Assembly (NCBI GenBank): GCA_963840855.1 | Contig: CAWJBB010000034.1 | Location: forward strand, 32,001-96,000 | DNA length: 64,000 bases | Source: an uncultured delta proteobacterium | GTDB lineage: Bacteria; Desulfobacterota; Binatia; UBA9968 | Reading direction: 5' to 3' | Part shown: positions 30,954 to 41,737 of the stretch, piece after piece | How the letters are laid out: every line of letters starts with the position of its first letter | How positions within the stretch are numbered: position 1 is the stretch's first letter | Notes under the pieces: generated by a model | The model's input: the letters and a program-made list of their open reading frames with translations, nothing else | Databases searched by the model: none | Told to the model about the DNA's origin: nothing | Program-made: the position numbers and the translations under genes

Positions 30954-32018
30954 TCATTCGCCCCGCGGCGGCCGAAACACCGCGAAGACCTTATCGGAGT
31001 TTGTGATCCATGATTCCAAAAACACCGCTTCGTCCGGCTTCCGTTTGAGCTCAGCCATCGCGCCCGCCAGGCAAAACCAATTGAGCAGCTCGTGATGGCC
31101 GCGGTCTTCCGCCTGCGCCAATGTCGTATCGCGCCAGGTATCCCACTCGCCCGCGCGGAGCGCATTAAAGTAGCGCTGATCCGACTCGATGTCCGGGTAC
31201 ATGCGACCATGCTTCGCCGTGAGAAAGGAATGCGACCAACTCGAAGAGGCTACCAACGCCACTTTCCACGGACTTCCGGCAAAAGCGCGCGCTGTCGCCG
31301 CGCCGATCTGGAAACAGCGCCACGGTTGCGGCCCCGGCGGATCTTCATTGCCTTCGAAACTTCTCGCTTTCGACGGCGTCGGCGGGATACCTTCACTAGC
31401 GGTCAGGTAGCGGCCGTAAGCGTTGGTCGTAAACGGCACGAGCGGATACGGAAACCCCTGGCGGTCCCAGTCGAGAAACAGCACGGTATTGGCAAACGCG
31501 TGCCCTAAGCCGGCGTGCAGCGGCTTGTACGCGTAGGCGATGTCGAAGCCTTCATTGAGCAAAAACGACGCGAGATGCTTGCCGCCCTGGCGGTGCCCAC
31601 GAATGGAAAAACTTTTCTCCTTCGGCTCGTTCCAAGAATTGACCCCGCGCTGACTTTGCAGCCAGGGTTGGAACTCGACGGCGTCGTACGCAAGAACCGA
31701 AAACGGCGGCACGCAATCTTCGCGGTAATTCTCGAATTGATCGTCTCCCCAGATGACACAGAAATCCGGGCGGAATTCGTCCAGCGCCCGGCGCGCCATG
31801 CGAAAGCCGTCGATCATCGCTTGACGATGCGCGTCGGAATGCGCCTGCCCGTCGTCCGCTGCCCATTGCCGGCGCATCGGCTCCGGCCAATTTTCGAGGG
31901 AGCGCAGATGCTCGGGCAGCGCCGGATCCGCCAAACACATCTTGATACGGCGGCAGAGATTTCCCTGCGCCGTAAGACCGGGATAATGAGTGACGCCAAG
32001 CCCAAGTATCTGTCCCAT
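30954..32018 (-). CDS. Extradiol ring-cleavage dioxygenase, LigB/MhpB-like
   Basis: GLGVTHYP, IWGDDQFENY, LGHAF, ASSSWSH, ELLNW. Confidence 0.85.
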   Translation of the reverse strand: MGQILGLGVTHYPGLTAQGNLCRRIKMCLADPALPEHLRSLENWPEPMRRQWAADDGQAHSDAHRQAMIDGFRMARRALDEFRPDFCVIWGDDQFENYREDCVPPFSVLAYDAVEFQPWLQSQRGVNSWNEPKEKSFSIRGHRQGGKHLASFLLNEGFDIAYAYKPLHAGLGHAFANTVLFLDWDRQGFPYPLVPFTTNAYGRYLTASEGIPPTPSKARSFEGNEDPPGPQPWRCFQIGAATARAFAGSPWKVALVASSSWSHSFLTAKHGRMYPDIESDQRYFNALRAGEWDTWRDTTLAQAEDRGHHELLNWFCLAGAMAELKRKPDEAVFLESWITNSDKVFAVFRPPRGE

Positions 32019-32229
32019 GGTTCTCTCCGATCCGTCGCCGAATAATCCTATGAGTAATCAAGCTGGCCTTTTGGTACATGAGCGAAGCTGATTTGTCCAG
32101 AACCATTTTCCCGAATGAATCCCCGCCCTCGGCCATGGATTTGCCGCCTCATCCGATGATGTTTCCGCTTGTCGTTAACATGCCTCTCTGCTATCCAGAT
32201 AAGCAAACTCTCCGGATGTCCGTGACAGT

Positions 32230-34539
32230 ATGACCAAAGATACATCTCACACTCCATCTGCGCTGCGTGTCGTCGGCCATTCCGTGACCCGCGTCGACGC
32301 GCATGCCAAAGTCACTGGCGCAGCCGAGTTTTCCGCGGACCGGTTATTTTCCAAGCATCTCTTGCATGGGAAAACGCTGCGCAGCCCGTACGCTCACGCC
32401 GAGATCGTTCGTATAGAAACGGCAAAAGCCGAGGCGTTGCCGGGCGTGCACGCGGTCATTACTTACCGAGATGTTCCGGAGAACCCCTACGAAGCCGGCG
32501 ATGCCACGGCGCCCGACGGACCGGTGGCCCCCGTTTTCCTTCTCAATCGAACGTTGCGGCATGTCGGCGACGAGATGGCGGCGGTGGCGGCTGACACGGA
32601 AGAAATCGCCGAAGAAGCATTGCGCTTGATCCAGGTGGAGTATCGGCCACTCCCCTTTGTATTAGATGCCGAGAACGCTCTTGAACCGGCTGCTCCGTCC
32701 GTTCGCGGCGGTAGCAATCTCGCGGGCAAAGTGCCGATTGAATTTTCCCGCGGCGATATCGATTCGGGTATGAAGGACGCAGAGATCATCGTCGAGCAAA
32801 CTTACCGTACGCAATCGACCAGCCCTCTTGCCCTGGAGCCGCGCTACAGCCTGGCATCCTGGGAAGCGGATCGACTCACGGTTTGGAAGGCCAGCCGGAA
32901 TGTTTACGGCGACCGCGAAAAGCTCGCAAAAGTTTTCGGACTGCCGGAGAATCAGGTGCGCGTGATTGCGACGTACATGGGCGGGGGGTTCGGGAGCAAA
33001 GATGAGACCCGTTTGGGGGCGATCACGGCGCTGCTCGCGCGGAAAGCGGGCAAGCCCGTGCGTATGGGCTACACGCGCGAGGAAGAACTGGGTTACGGCA
33101 AATGGCGCCACGCGACCGCGACGCGGATTCGCATGGGGCTCAAACGCGACGGCACCATCACGGCCATCGACGCCACGAGCGCGCTCAACACCGGACCTTA
33201 TGCACCGGGCTACGGTGTCGCTTCTCGGCTCGGCCACGGACTCACTTATCTTTACACCTGTCCCAACGCTCGCTTTGTCGGCAAGGTCGCCTACACCAAC
33301 AGTCCGGTCGCGGGATCTTATCGCGGGCTCGGCGCGCCCCAGGCCCATTTTGCCTTGGAGTCGTTCGCCGACGAGGTTGCTGAGAAACTGCGCATGGACC
33401 CGCTGGAATTTCGCCTGCGCAATTGCGTGAGCCTTCAAGGTCAACCCGGCGCGCGGATGACGCCTCTCGATAGTCTCTTGCCGGCGCAGCCGATTGAGGG
33501 CGGCGTCCCTTTCTCCAGCAATCTCTTAACTGAATGCCTCGAAGCAGGCGCCCAACGAATCGGCTGGAAGCCCCGTCCCGACGGCCCGCGCAAGCGCCTG
33601 GCGAGTGGCAAATATCGCGGTATGGGTTTGGCCGCGTGCATCTACAAGACCGGTCAGTCGCAGTCTTCCGCCTTGGTCAAGATGAAAGAAGACGGCAGTG
33701 TGGAATTGTTGATGAGCATCACCGAGATCGGCCAAGGCGCGTGGACCATTTTACGACAGATCGTCGCCGAGACTCTCGGCGTAGATTTTGGAAAAGTCCA
33801 TGCGACTTTTGCCGACACTATGACGACGCCGTTCGCTCACAGCACGTCCGGCAGCACGACGACTTTTACATCAGGACTGGCGGCGCAACAGGCCGCGAAA
33901 GACGCGCAGCAACGCCTGCTCGAAAGCGCCGCAAAATTTCTCGAAGTCGAGCCGGCGCGTTTGGCATTGCGCGATGGCTTCGTCGCCATCGCCGATACGC
34001 CGGAGATCAAAATACCGGTGAGTCACGTCATCCGGCGCCAGCCGGACCAGGCCATTGTCGGCGAAGCGAAACTGCGCGCCGGCAGCAAGACACATATCAT
34101 CAATTCTTTTGCCGCCCATTTCGCCGAAGTCGAAGTCGACCCGGACACCGGCGCCGTTCGTGTTCTGCGCTACGTCGCGGTGCACGACTCGGGCCGCATC
34201 ATCCACCCCGAAGCCGCGCGCGGCCAGATCATCGGCGGGGTCGTTCAAGGCATCGGCTACGCGCTGATGGAAGATATCCCCATGGATCCCGACACCGGCG
34301 CGCCGCTGACGCTGAATCTCGACTCCTTTAAAATTCCCAATCTCATCGACATTCCGCCCATCGAAGCGGTATTGATCGAACAGCCCGATCCCATCGGCCC
34401 CTTCGGCGCCAAAGCGCTCGGTGAACCGCCCCTTGTCCCCGTCGCCGGGGCCATCGCCAACGCCGTCTACGACGCCACCGGCGTGCGCATCCGCGAGCTG
34501 CCCATCACCGCGGAAAAAGTGCTTCGCGGATTGCGATAG
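32230..34539 (+). CDS. Xanthine dehydrogenase family molybdopterin-binding large subunit
   Basis: KVTGAAEF, RSPYAHA, MGGGFGSK, SYRGLGAPQ, EIGQG, GPFGAKALGEP. Confidence 0.93.
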   Translation: MTKDTSHTPSALRVVGHSVTRVDAHAKVTGAAEFSADRLFSKHLLHGKTLRSPYAHAEIVRIETAKAEALPGVHAVITYRDVPENPYEAGDATAPDGPVAPVFLLNRTLRHVGDEMAAVAADTEEIAEEALRLIQVEYRPLPFVLDAENALEPAAPSVRGGSNLAGKVPIEFSRGDIDSGMKDAEIIVEQTYRTQSTSPLALEPRYSLASWEADRLTVWKASRNVYGDREKLAKVFGLPENQVRVIATYMGGGFGSKDETRLGAITALLARKAGKPVRMGYTREEELGYGKWRHATATRIRMGLKRDGTITAIDATSALNTGPYAPGYGVASRLGHGLTYLYTCPNARFVGKVAYTNSPVAGSYRGLGAPQAHFALESFADEVAEKLRMDPLEFRLRNCVSLQGQPGARMTPLDSLLPAQPIEGGVPFSSNLLTECLEAGAQRIGWKPRPDGPRKRLASGKYRGMGLAACIYKTGQSQSSALVKMKEDGSVELLMSITEIGQGAWTILRQIVAETLGVDFGKVHATFADTMTTPFAHSTSGSTTTFTSGLAAQQAAKDAQQRLLESAAKFLEVEPARLALRDGFVAIADTPEIKIPVSHVIRRQPDQAIVGEAKLRAGSKTHIINSFAAHFAEVEVDPDTGAVRVLRYVAVHDSGRIIHPEAARGQIIGGVVQGIGYALMEDIPMDPDTGAPLTLNLDSFKIPNLIDIPPIEAVLIEQPDPIGPFGAKALGEPPLVPVAGAIANAVYDATGVRIRELPITAEKVLRGLR

Positions 34540-34585
34540 TCGAACCGATGTAGCAAGGGTCACTCTGACCCCTAATGGTAAATTT

Positions 34586-34777
34586 CCCTGGACTTACGTC
34601 CAGGGCTTCTCTCAGAATGCGACCTTCGTTCGTCCGAAAAGTGCCCTCTCCGTCTTTCCCGCGAAAGCGCGAAACCAGTCCTGGATTCCGGCTCGCGCTT
34701 GCTAGCGCAAGCTTGGCCGGAATGACGCTAGCGTGCACTTTTCGGAACCCGATCCACCACCCGGACTCACGTCCGGG
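34586..34777. repeat. REP doublet (34651-34727) flanked by two CC(T/C)GGAC-N4-GTCC(A/G)GG hairpins
   Basis: Hairpins at 34586-34605 and 34760-34777; central ctggattccggctcgc...ccggaatgac. Confidence 0.65.
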
Positions 34778-34793
34778 GGTCTGCTAAGGTGTA

Positions 34794-35867
34794 CTATAGG
34801 CCCCAGAGCCTTTTGGCATTGTCATAGAGAATTTTTCGCTTTGTCTCTTCGTCGATGTCGGTTCTCCGGCGCATGATAAGCGTCGCATCCATTTGGCTGG
34901 AGCCATCGTAGTGGCCGTAATCGCTGCCGATGACGAGATTGTCAGGGCCACATCGGTAGGTGTAGGACAGGTCGTCGTTGTTCTGACAGGTAACGAATAT
35001 ATTGAATTCTCTCAAAACATCATCAGGCAAAGGTCTTCCCCGCTGTTCCATCCGGCGCCGGGCTTCGTGCAGCATCCACGGCAACCACATCGAGCCCGCT
35101 TCAATAAACGCCCAGCGAAGGCGCGGAAATTTTAGCGGCAGTTGGCTTTCGATCAGGCCCTCGCATGCTCCGGCAGTGAAGAGCCGAAAACGCATTAAAC
35201 CAAAAGAATCTCTGTCATACGGCGGTTGGGTTAGTTCGACCAGCGCGGCGTTGCCGTTGCCGATATGGATCGCGATGGCCATGTCTAAACGCTGCGCCTC
35301 CTCGTAGATCGGGTGAAAATAAGGATCGATGGGAAGCCTGTCGCCGATGATGGGAGACATCGAAACGCCAACGGCGCCGTTATCCTTGGCCCACTCGAGC
35401 AGCGCGAGGGATTCATCCATGCTCATGAGGGGCAACATCGTGCACCACCGCAAACGCCCCTTTCCCTGCCGCCACATCTCAGCCACCCACCGGTTCCAGC
35501 TTCTGCATAAGGCGATCTCCACCTCAGCGCGGTCGGTGGGCGGCACCGTCCACAAAGTATGGAACATGACCTGAACGTCGATGCCCAAGCGATCCATGTG
35601 ACGCAGGCGGCGCTCGACATCGTCGCCCTCCCGCGCGCCAATGGGCGTAACAACATCTCGGCCAAGCTGCCTTGACCGCTCCGCCATTTCATCTTCGGTC
35701 AGCGTGGGAAACCTGAACCCGCGGGCCTGGCCATTGATGATCCACCATTGAGTGCGGGGATCCGTCGGATGGGGCGCCAATACCGGGCGGTACTTCTCGT
35801 CCTCCGGATCCATGAACTGCCATGTCCGCTCGGTCTCCACAACGTGCGAATCAGAATCTATGATCAT
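34794..35867 (-). CDS. Amidohydrolase_2 family protein
   Basis: IIDSDSHVVE, IAIHIG, AFIEAG, GSDYGHYD. Confidence 0.9.
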   Translation of the reverse strand: MIIDSDSHVVETERTWQFMDPEDEKYRPVLAPHPTDPRTQWWIINGQARGFRFPTLTEDEMAERSRQLGRDVVTPIGAREGDDVERRLRHMDRLGIDVQVMFHTLWTVPPTDRAEVEIALCRSWNRWVAEMWRQGKGRLRWCTMLPLMSMDESLALLEWAKDNGAVGVSMSPIIGDRLPIDPYFHPIYEEAQRLDMAIAIHIGNGNAALVELTQPPYDRDSFGLMRFRLFTAGACEGLIESQLPLKFPRLRWAFIEAGSMWLPWMLHEARRRMEQRGRPLPDDVLREFNIFVTCQNNDDLSYTYRCGPDNLVIGSDYGHYDGSSQMDATLIMRRRTDIDEETKRKILYDNAKRLWGL

Positions 35868-36033
35868 GTACTTTTCATTTGCGGCAAACTCTTGCCCTAG
35901 AAGCGGTAGGCATATGCGCGTCCTTTTTTCTCGTGCCGCGACCGGCGGCCCGTGTTGTAAGAGTCACGCGTTGTACATCGTTGCGGGTCAGTAATGTAGC
36001 TTTATGATTATGAGCTTTTCTCTGTTATCTACT

Positions 36034-37749
36034 CTACGCCGAACAAATAACATTGATCACCGCCTGGCGTTTCTCGACGGTCACCGCCTTAAGACCGCGC
36101 TCCAGGGCCGCCGTGACGTCATTGGGATCGGTAACTTTTTCGCCGTAGCCGTCGGCGACTTCGACGGCTTTTTGATAATTGGTGATGCTGTCGAGAAACG
36201 TGATCGGCTGTTTGGGACTCTTCGCCGCGTAGCCGTTGGGATTCACATCGACGGTGGCCCGGCGCACGGCCTGCCAGCGCTGGTTGTTGAAGATTACCGT
36301 CAACACCGGCAACTCCTGTTCGGCGCCGACGTAATGCGCCGAAATCGGGTTGCCGAACATATACGAGCCGTCGCCGTGCGTGCCGATGACCAACCGGTCG
36401 CGGGCGGCGAGCTTCGCGCCCAAGGCGCAGCCCAAACCGTGGCCTAGTCCCGAAGCCGCGCCGGCATTGAGCATAGTCGCAGGCTTGGAGAATTCGATCT
36501 GCTCGGACACCAGCGGTGATTCTTTGATCACGATGGTGTCATCGCCTCTTGATCTCGTTGATGCAGTGAGTGAGCCACGCCGGATGAATCGTCGACTGGC
36601 TCTTGGCTGACTCCAGTTTCTTGCGCCAGTTCTCGCGCAGGCTTTCCAACTTTCGGCCAGCGATGCGCGGCGCTTGTCGATGCGTAACTTTGCCTTCGCT
36701 TCATGCTCGGCCATGCTGTCGTTCAACACGCGCAATCCCTCGGCGGTAGCGCAGGCGAGAGCGATATCGCAAGGATGGCCGCGCACTGGAACATAACCAT
36801 GCAACGGATCAGGACCCATGTGAATAACCTTGGCGTCGTCGCGCACCTTGTCGCTCGCCGGCAGCCATGGCACCGCAACATCGACCGCGAGAATCACGTC
36901 GGCCTTTTCCAGCAGTGGTTTCAGCTCATAGCCGAGATTCATCGGGTGGTTGCTCGGCAGCGACATATATCGGTTTCGGTATTGAACTACCGGTATCGCG
37001 TAGCGTTCCGCAAACTCACCCAGAGCGGTCCATGAAGCCGGATCGCGGCCGGCGGAGTTGGTTATGATCAGCGGATTCTCAGCAGCCGCCAGCAACGCCG
37101 CGACTTCCTCGACGGCGTCGCCGTTGGGAAACGCCGGAGCAGCGGGATGCTGACGGGATGGGGTAGAGTAAGTGAATTCGTTCATCGGATGCGCCAGCAC
37201 TTCGCGCGGCAGCGCTAGATAGACCGGCCCCATTGGCTCGCTCATGGCGATGCTAAGCGCCCGGTCGACGACGGTTTCGAGTTGCTGGCCGTTGCGCAGC
37301 TCGTAGTCCCACTTGACCGACTCGCGCAGCATTCCCGCCTGATCGAACATCTCCTGCGTCCAGTGAATGTCGAGGCTTCGATGACCCGCTAGACCATCTT
37401 CGTTGGTCGGCGTGCGCCCCGCCGTGAACAGCACCGGCACATGGCCCCGCGCCGCGTTGAGAAGGCCGTTCATCCCGTTGGCGGTACCGACGTTGACGTG
37501 CACCATGACCGCCTGCGGCTTTCCCGTCACAAGAAAATAGCCGATGGCCATATGCATGGCCGTATTTTCATGCGGGCAGGTTATCGCCGTCGGAACTTTC
37601 GTTTCCAGTACCGCGGCTTTCGCCAAAGTCTCGACGACAGGGGCGAAATCGGTGCCCGCGTTGGCAAACCAGTAGTCCACGCCCCGGTCGGCAAGCAACG
37701 TCATGTAGGCGTCCGAGACTGTAACGTTGTTGAGCGTTATCTTCGACAT
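36034..37749 (-). CDS. Thiamine pyrophosphate-requiring enzyme (compensating frameshifts at ~36550-36640)
   Basis: ANAGTDF, PHE, HVNVGTAN, GDGSYMF...NN; an off-frame segment reads RENWRKKLE...IHPAWL. Confidence 0.9.
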   Translation of the reverse strand: MSKITLNNVTVSDAYMTLLADRGVDYWFANAGTDFAPVVETLAKAAVLETKVPTAITCPHENTAMHMAIGYFLVTGKPQAVMVHVNVGTANGMNGLLNAARGHVPVLFTAGRTPTNEDGLAGHRSLDIHWTQEMFDQAGMLRESVKWDYELRNGQQLETVVDRALSIAMSEPMGPVYLALPREVLAHPMNEFTYSTPSRQHPAAPAFPNGDAVEEVAALLAAAENPLIITNSAGRDPASWTALGEFAERYAIPVVQYRNRYMSLPSNHPMNLGYELKPLLEKADVILAVDVAVPWLPASDKVRDDAKVIHMGPDPLHGYVPVRGHPCDIALACATAEGLRVLNDSMAEHEAKAKLRIDKRRASLAESWKACARTGARNWSQPRASRRFIRRGSLTASTRSRGDDTIVIKESPLVSEQIEFSKPATMLNAGAASGLGHGLGCALGAKLAARDRLVIGTHGDGSYMFGNPISAHYVGAEQELPVLTVIFNNQRWQAVRRATVDVNPNGYAAKSPKQPITFLDSITNYQKAVEVADGYGEKVTDPNDVTAALERGLKAVTVEKRQAVINVICSA

Positions 37750-37832
37750 ATCAGCGACCTTTCCTAATGCTAAAAGCGCAGCTTTGGTATGTTTGCAGAA
37801 GCGCGGTTGTTTCGTGGAGTGAGGGCGTTGAA

Positions 37833-37895
37833 GTGATGGAGTATTGGAGTGTTGGGATTACCATCACTCCATTACTCCACCATTCCATTATTCCA
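37833..37895. repeat. 8-mer (GTNNTGGA)/(CATNACTC) tandem palindrome
   Basis: gtgatggagtattggagtgttggga...ccatcactccattactccaccattcca. Confidence 0.7.
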
Positions 37896-37901
37896 GATTT
37901 G

Positions 37902-40083
37902 TTATTTCGCCAGAGGATCGGGGCGTAGCTGAAATTGCACGACGAGCGGCTTAGAGCCCTTGCCCCGCTCCATCAACCACGACGCGCGGTCGCCGCTCGA
38001 ACTCCATAATCCGCGGCCTTTCCAGCCGGCTTTCGGATCGTCGATCCGTCCATCGAAACCTTTGGCGTAGAATCCGAGCGGATAGGGCACGGTCAACAGG
38101 ATCATCTTGCCTTCTTTGAACGCGACCAGGCCACCGTGCAAGTTGGCGGTGGACATCGGCACATCCTCGCCGAGCCCAAACGTGTTGTGCTGGTCGACCC
38201 AGGAATAGTAGCTCGACTCCGCGCTGTTTTCGCCGATGCCCTTAAAGCCGGGACCGGGATATTGATGAAACGACCAACCTTCGGGGCAGTGATCGCCGGT
38301 CGCCTTTGGCCCGTTTAGCGGCCCCTTGCACTTACGCCTATCGAAACTGCCCAGGTGACCACTGCCGAGCGATACCCATACAATGCCCTTCTTGTCGATG
38401 TCGGCGCCACGGATGCCAAAACCAGGCTTCGGCACGTTGTAGATCTCGGCGAGCGCCGTCTCCGACGGATTGGCTCCCGGAACGATCCGCACGATAGACC
38501 CTGGATACCGTCGCACCGAGCCCCAGATCGAGCCGTCCACCGGGTTCGGCATCACGGCATAGAAGCCCGCGACGATTCGCTTGTCCTTGGCCGGGTCGAG
38601 CGGTTGATCCGGCTCGACGTACTCGTCGCGTTTGCCGTTGCCGTTGGTGTCGAGAATTAGGGGCGTCCAGCCCTGCGATTTCGCCACATCCCCCGTCTCG
38701 TCTAACATTTTAGTGTTGATCCAGCCGACCACCGGAGCGGTCGCCCCGCCCGCGCTCGTCCACAACGTATCGTTGGCATCGTAGCCGAACTGCAAATGAT
38801 GCGTTTGAAAGCAGGTGTCAACGAACGTGTACTGCTGTGTCTTGGGATCGAGCATCGTGAGAGAGCGGTTTGTCCGCTCTAATGGAAAGACCTTGGCCGA
38901 GGGGTGGTCAGAGCCTTTCTTGCAGAAGGCCGGGTTGTCGGCTCCGCGAAACCTCGCGGCGAACCAGACCCGTCCTTTCTTGTCAAACATACCGTTGTGG
39001 TTATTGGCTTTGGTATCCCAGATCTTCTCCGCGCCCCAGTACGGTGACGCTTGCATGATCTTGTCGCTCGCCGCATGGCCCGGCCCGAGCGCTTCCGGGA
39101 TGTTTGCATCTCGCACCGGTGCCTTTAGGTTCGTGGCGGTGTGGTTTTTCGGATCGAGCACCGGGATGAGATCGACGCTGTACTCAGTCGAACCGTAAAG
39201 CGGGCCATTGGCGTTGACGTTCGGGTAGCGCCGATCCGAGGCGATCAGGTCGTGAGTGTAGTGCTTGTCGTTGAGCCAGTCCCAGGTGGTAACGACGATA
39301 TTGCGCTCGACACCTTGCGGCCGTGCCGGCTTCGTATGGGGCAGCTCGCCCTTGGCGATGCGGTCCGTCCAGTCCGCGAAGTAGCTTGATGGGGGCGGCG
39401 CCGAGCTCTTTGACGAGCTGGTTGAACATTTGCTCGCCGGATTGCCCAGACTGGATGCGGCGCAACCACGCTTCCTCGGAATTGGCGAACTTACCGAGGG
39501 GGTGCGGTACTTCGCGCGGGAACGTGCGCGTCGAGAGCGTGCCCATCTGATGGCAGCCGACGCAACCGTTGTTCTTCATTGCGTTGAGCCATGCGCTCTG
39601 GGTTATCTTGTCCGGAATCGCGCCCTTGCCGCCGAACTCGCTCGCGTCCGGAATCTTGAGCATGGAATACCAATAAATCGCCGGATAGTATTCCGCCGCC
39701 GCGGCCTCGTTGGGCGCCACCACCGCCTTGAGGTTCACGATCTTGCCTGGGGTCGCTTTAATCTTGGGAGAATCAACGAGGCCATATCCGCGCACCCAAA
39801 TGCTGTAGTTGGCTTTGGGCAGATCAGGCAGCACGTAGCGGCCTTGATCGTCGGTGACCACCATTTTGGCGAACCTGGTGGGAAGGTCGGTGGCTTCCGC
39901 GATTACCCAGACGCCGGCTTCGGGCCCCTTCGTGCTGGTGACCACGCCGCCGATGTCATCGGCGTCGATGCGGACTTGGGCGCCGCTGCTTTGTTGGCCG
40001 CTAATCGTGACAGGCGAAGCGGCGATGAAAGCTATCAAGCCAAGCGCAAACATGCCAATCTGCAAGAGCCTTTTGGTTTGCAT
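37902..40083 (-). CDS. Secreted CxxCH / beta-propeller protein, paralog 3 (frameshift near 39383)
   Basis: MQTKRLLQIG signal, CVGCHQ; removing one C gives KYFADWTDRIAKGELP as in the other paralogs. Confidence 0.85.
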
Positions 40084-40225
40084 AATGCTCTCCTATCAAT
40101 GCCGCCCGGCGCTAAACCGTTCCAGGCGGAGTTTGTTGATGAATACGCCCTCAACTAATCCACCATAGGATCATCGACGTGGAGAGTAGCGAAACATAAC
40201 GCATGGTGTCAACTGCACGCGTTCT

Positions 40226-40315
40226 GTTCAAAGGTTCAACGTCCCCACGTCCCAACCTTGAACCTTGAACGCGAAACCTTGAACCGCGCCGAAGCGCCAT
40301 CTTGAACTTTGAACC
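40226..40315. repeat. 7-mer TTGAACC tandem/inverted repeat
   Basis: gttcaaaggttcaac...ttgaaccttgaacgcgaaaccttgaacc. Confidence 0.6.
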
Positions 40316-40350
40316 AACCAGCCGATGGATCGCCCTTCGATTTTTCACTG

Positions 40351-41682
40351 CTATGTGGATGTCAAGTCTCCAAGCACATCTTTAATAATCTCGGCGATGC
40401 GCTTGACGTGATCAAAGCCGACCGTGGGCTCGCAAGGAAGTTCGATCAGGTCGGCCCAAATCCTTTCGGCGTTAGAAAGCCGGTCCCATACGCATTGTTC
40501 ATAGCCGGGCAAAAGGTGGATCGGTACATAGCTTCCCTGGACTTCATACCCCTCGTTGCCAAGGGCCTCGATCACTCGGGTAGCAAGGTCATCGCCGCGC
40601 CGCGCCGACATGAGGCGAATGACCTGCGTCAGACACGCCGATTGATTTCGCTGCGGTATGAGTTGCAAGCGTTCATCGCCGCCGAGTAATTCATTATAGG
40701 CCCGAACACGAGCGCGGCGAGCCGTAATGTTCTCGTGCAAAGTTTGCATGAGTGAAAATGCCACGGTGGCGTTGAGGTTGGCCATCGTCTCTTTTCGATA
40801 TGGACTCGGCGGTATATCGGGACCATCCTGCGGCGAGCGAGAAATCGCGCGCTGGAACGGTCGCGACAAGCGCCGCCAGCGGTGCCAAATCAGAGTCGAC
40901 AAAAACATTCTGACCGCCGTTGCGCCCGATGGCGCCGACAAACCGGCGTCGGCAATGCGCGCGGCAAGATCATGATTCGTGACAACGACGGCACCTCCGC
41001 CTAGACCGGAGCAAATTTTCTCTTTGCCAAAACTAATGATTCCCACATCGCCGAAACTGCCAACGGGCCGTCCGTCGATAGCCGCCCCCAGCGCCTGCGC
41101 GGCGTCGTCGATGACGTGAATATTCCTACCCTTCACGAGATCTGTAATCGAGCCGATGTCAGCGGGGTTGCCAAACAGATGCGGCACGATGATCGCTCTG
41201 GTTTTTTTGCTAAGGGCTGGTTCAACGGTTGCCGCGGTAATGTTGAGTTCCGCCCCCACATCGGCGAGTACCGGGACTGCGCCGGCGGCGAGTATCGGCG
41301 CAACCACAGCGGTGCAACAAAAAGTGGGAATAACCACTTCGTCGTGCCGTCCAACGCCGCATGCGCCCAAAGCAAGGTCGAGAGCCAAACTGCCGGAGCC
41401 GCAGAGAAACACATCCGCCACGCCCAGCATTTCAATCACCGATGACTTGAGTTTGCCGAGCTCAGGTCCGGCGATGACGTTGCCCGCTACAAAGGATTGG
41501 ACAATGCTTCGATAAGTTGCGCCATTCCAATAGGGGACGGCGAGAGGAACGAGGGGAAAGAGAGAAGGCGGAAGGATAAAGGATAAAGGATGAAAACGGA
41601 AAGATGAAAAGAGAGACAGCGGTCTCCCAAGCGATCTTCCAATATTTTCATCCTTCATCGTTTCGCATTCATCCTTTCTCAT
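40351..41682 (-). CDS. DegT/DnrJ/EryC1/StrS PLP-dependent aminotransferase; true start uncertain
   Basis: SGSLAL, EVVIPTF, HLFGNPAD, IDDAAQALG, SFGKEK; first ~45 codons run through a repeat. Confidence 0.82.
   Translation of the reverse strand: MRKDECETMKDENIGRSLGRPLSLFSSFRFHPLSFILPPSLFPLVPLAVPYWNGATYRSIVQSFVAGNVIAGPELGKLKSSVIEMLGVADVFLCGSGSLALDLALGACGVGRHDEVVIPTFCCTAVVAPILAAGAVPVLADVGAELNITAATVEPALSKKTRAIIVPHLFGNPADIGSITDLVKGRNIHVIDDAAQALGAAIDGRPVGSFGDVGIISFGKEKICSGLGGGAVVVTNHDLAARIADAGLSAPSGATAVRMFLSTLIWHRWRRLSRPFQRAISRSPQDGPDIPPSPYRKETMANLNATVAFSLMQTLHENITARRARVRAYNELLGGDERLQLIPQRNQSACLTQVIRLMSARRGDDLATRVIEALGNEGYEVQGSYVPIHLLPGYEQCVWDRLSNAERIWADLIELPCEPTVGFDHVKRIAEIIKDVLGDLTST
41566..41677. 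repeat. 7-mer (GGATRAA)/(TTYATCC) tandem palindrome
   Basis: Second copy at 43401-43483. Confidence 0.72.
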
Positions 41683-41737
41683 TTGTTAGTCTCAAAATTA
41701 TATGGCAGGCTTGGCCATCACGAGCAAGGAGGCGGTC

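Noticed and set aside
10708-34539. Aerobic CO dehydrogenase (coxL) call for the Mo subunits
   Set aside because: Active-site loops read SYRAIG and SYRGLG, not AYxCSFR or AYRGAGR, and coxMS are absent
41550-41682. N-terminal FRFHPLSFILPPS segment of the DegT-like ORF as a real domain
   Set aside because: It is a translation of the 7-mer repeat
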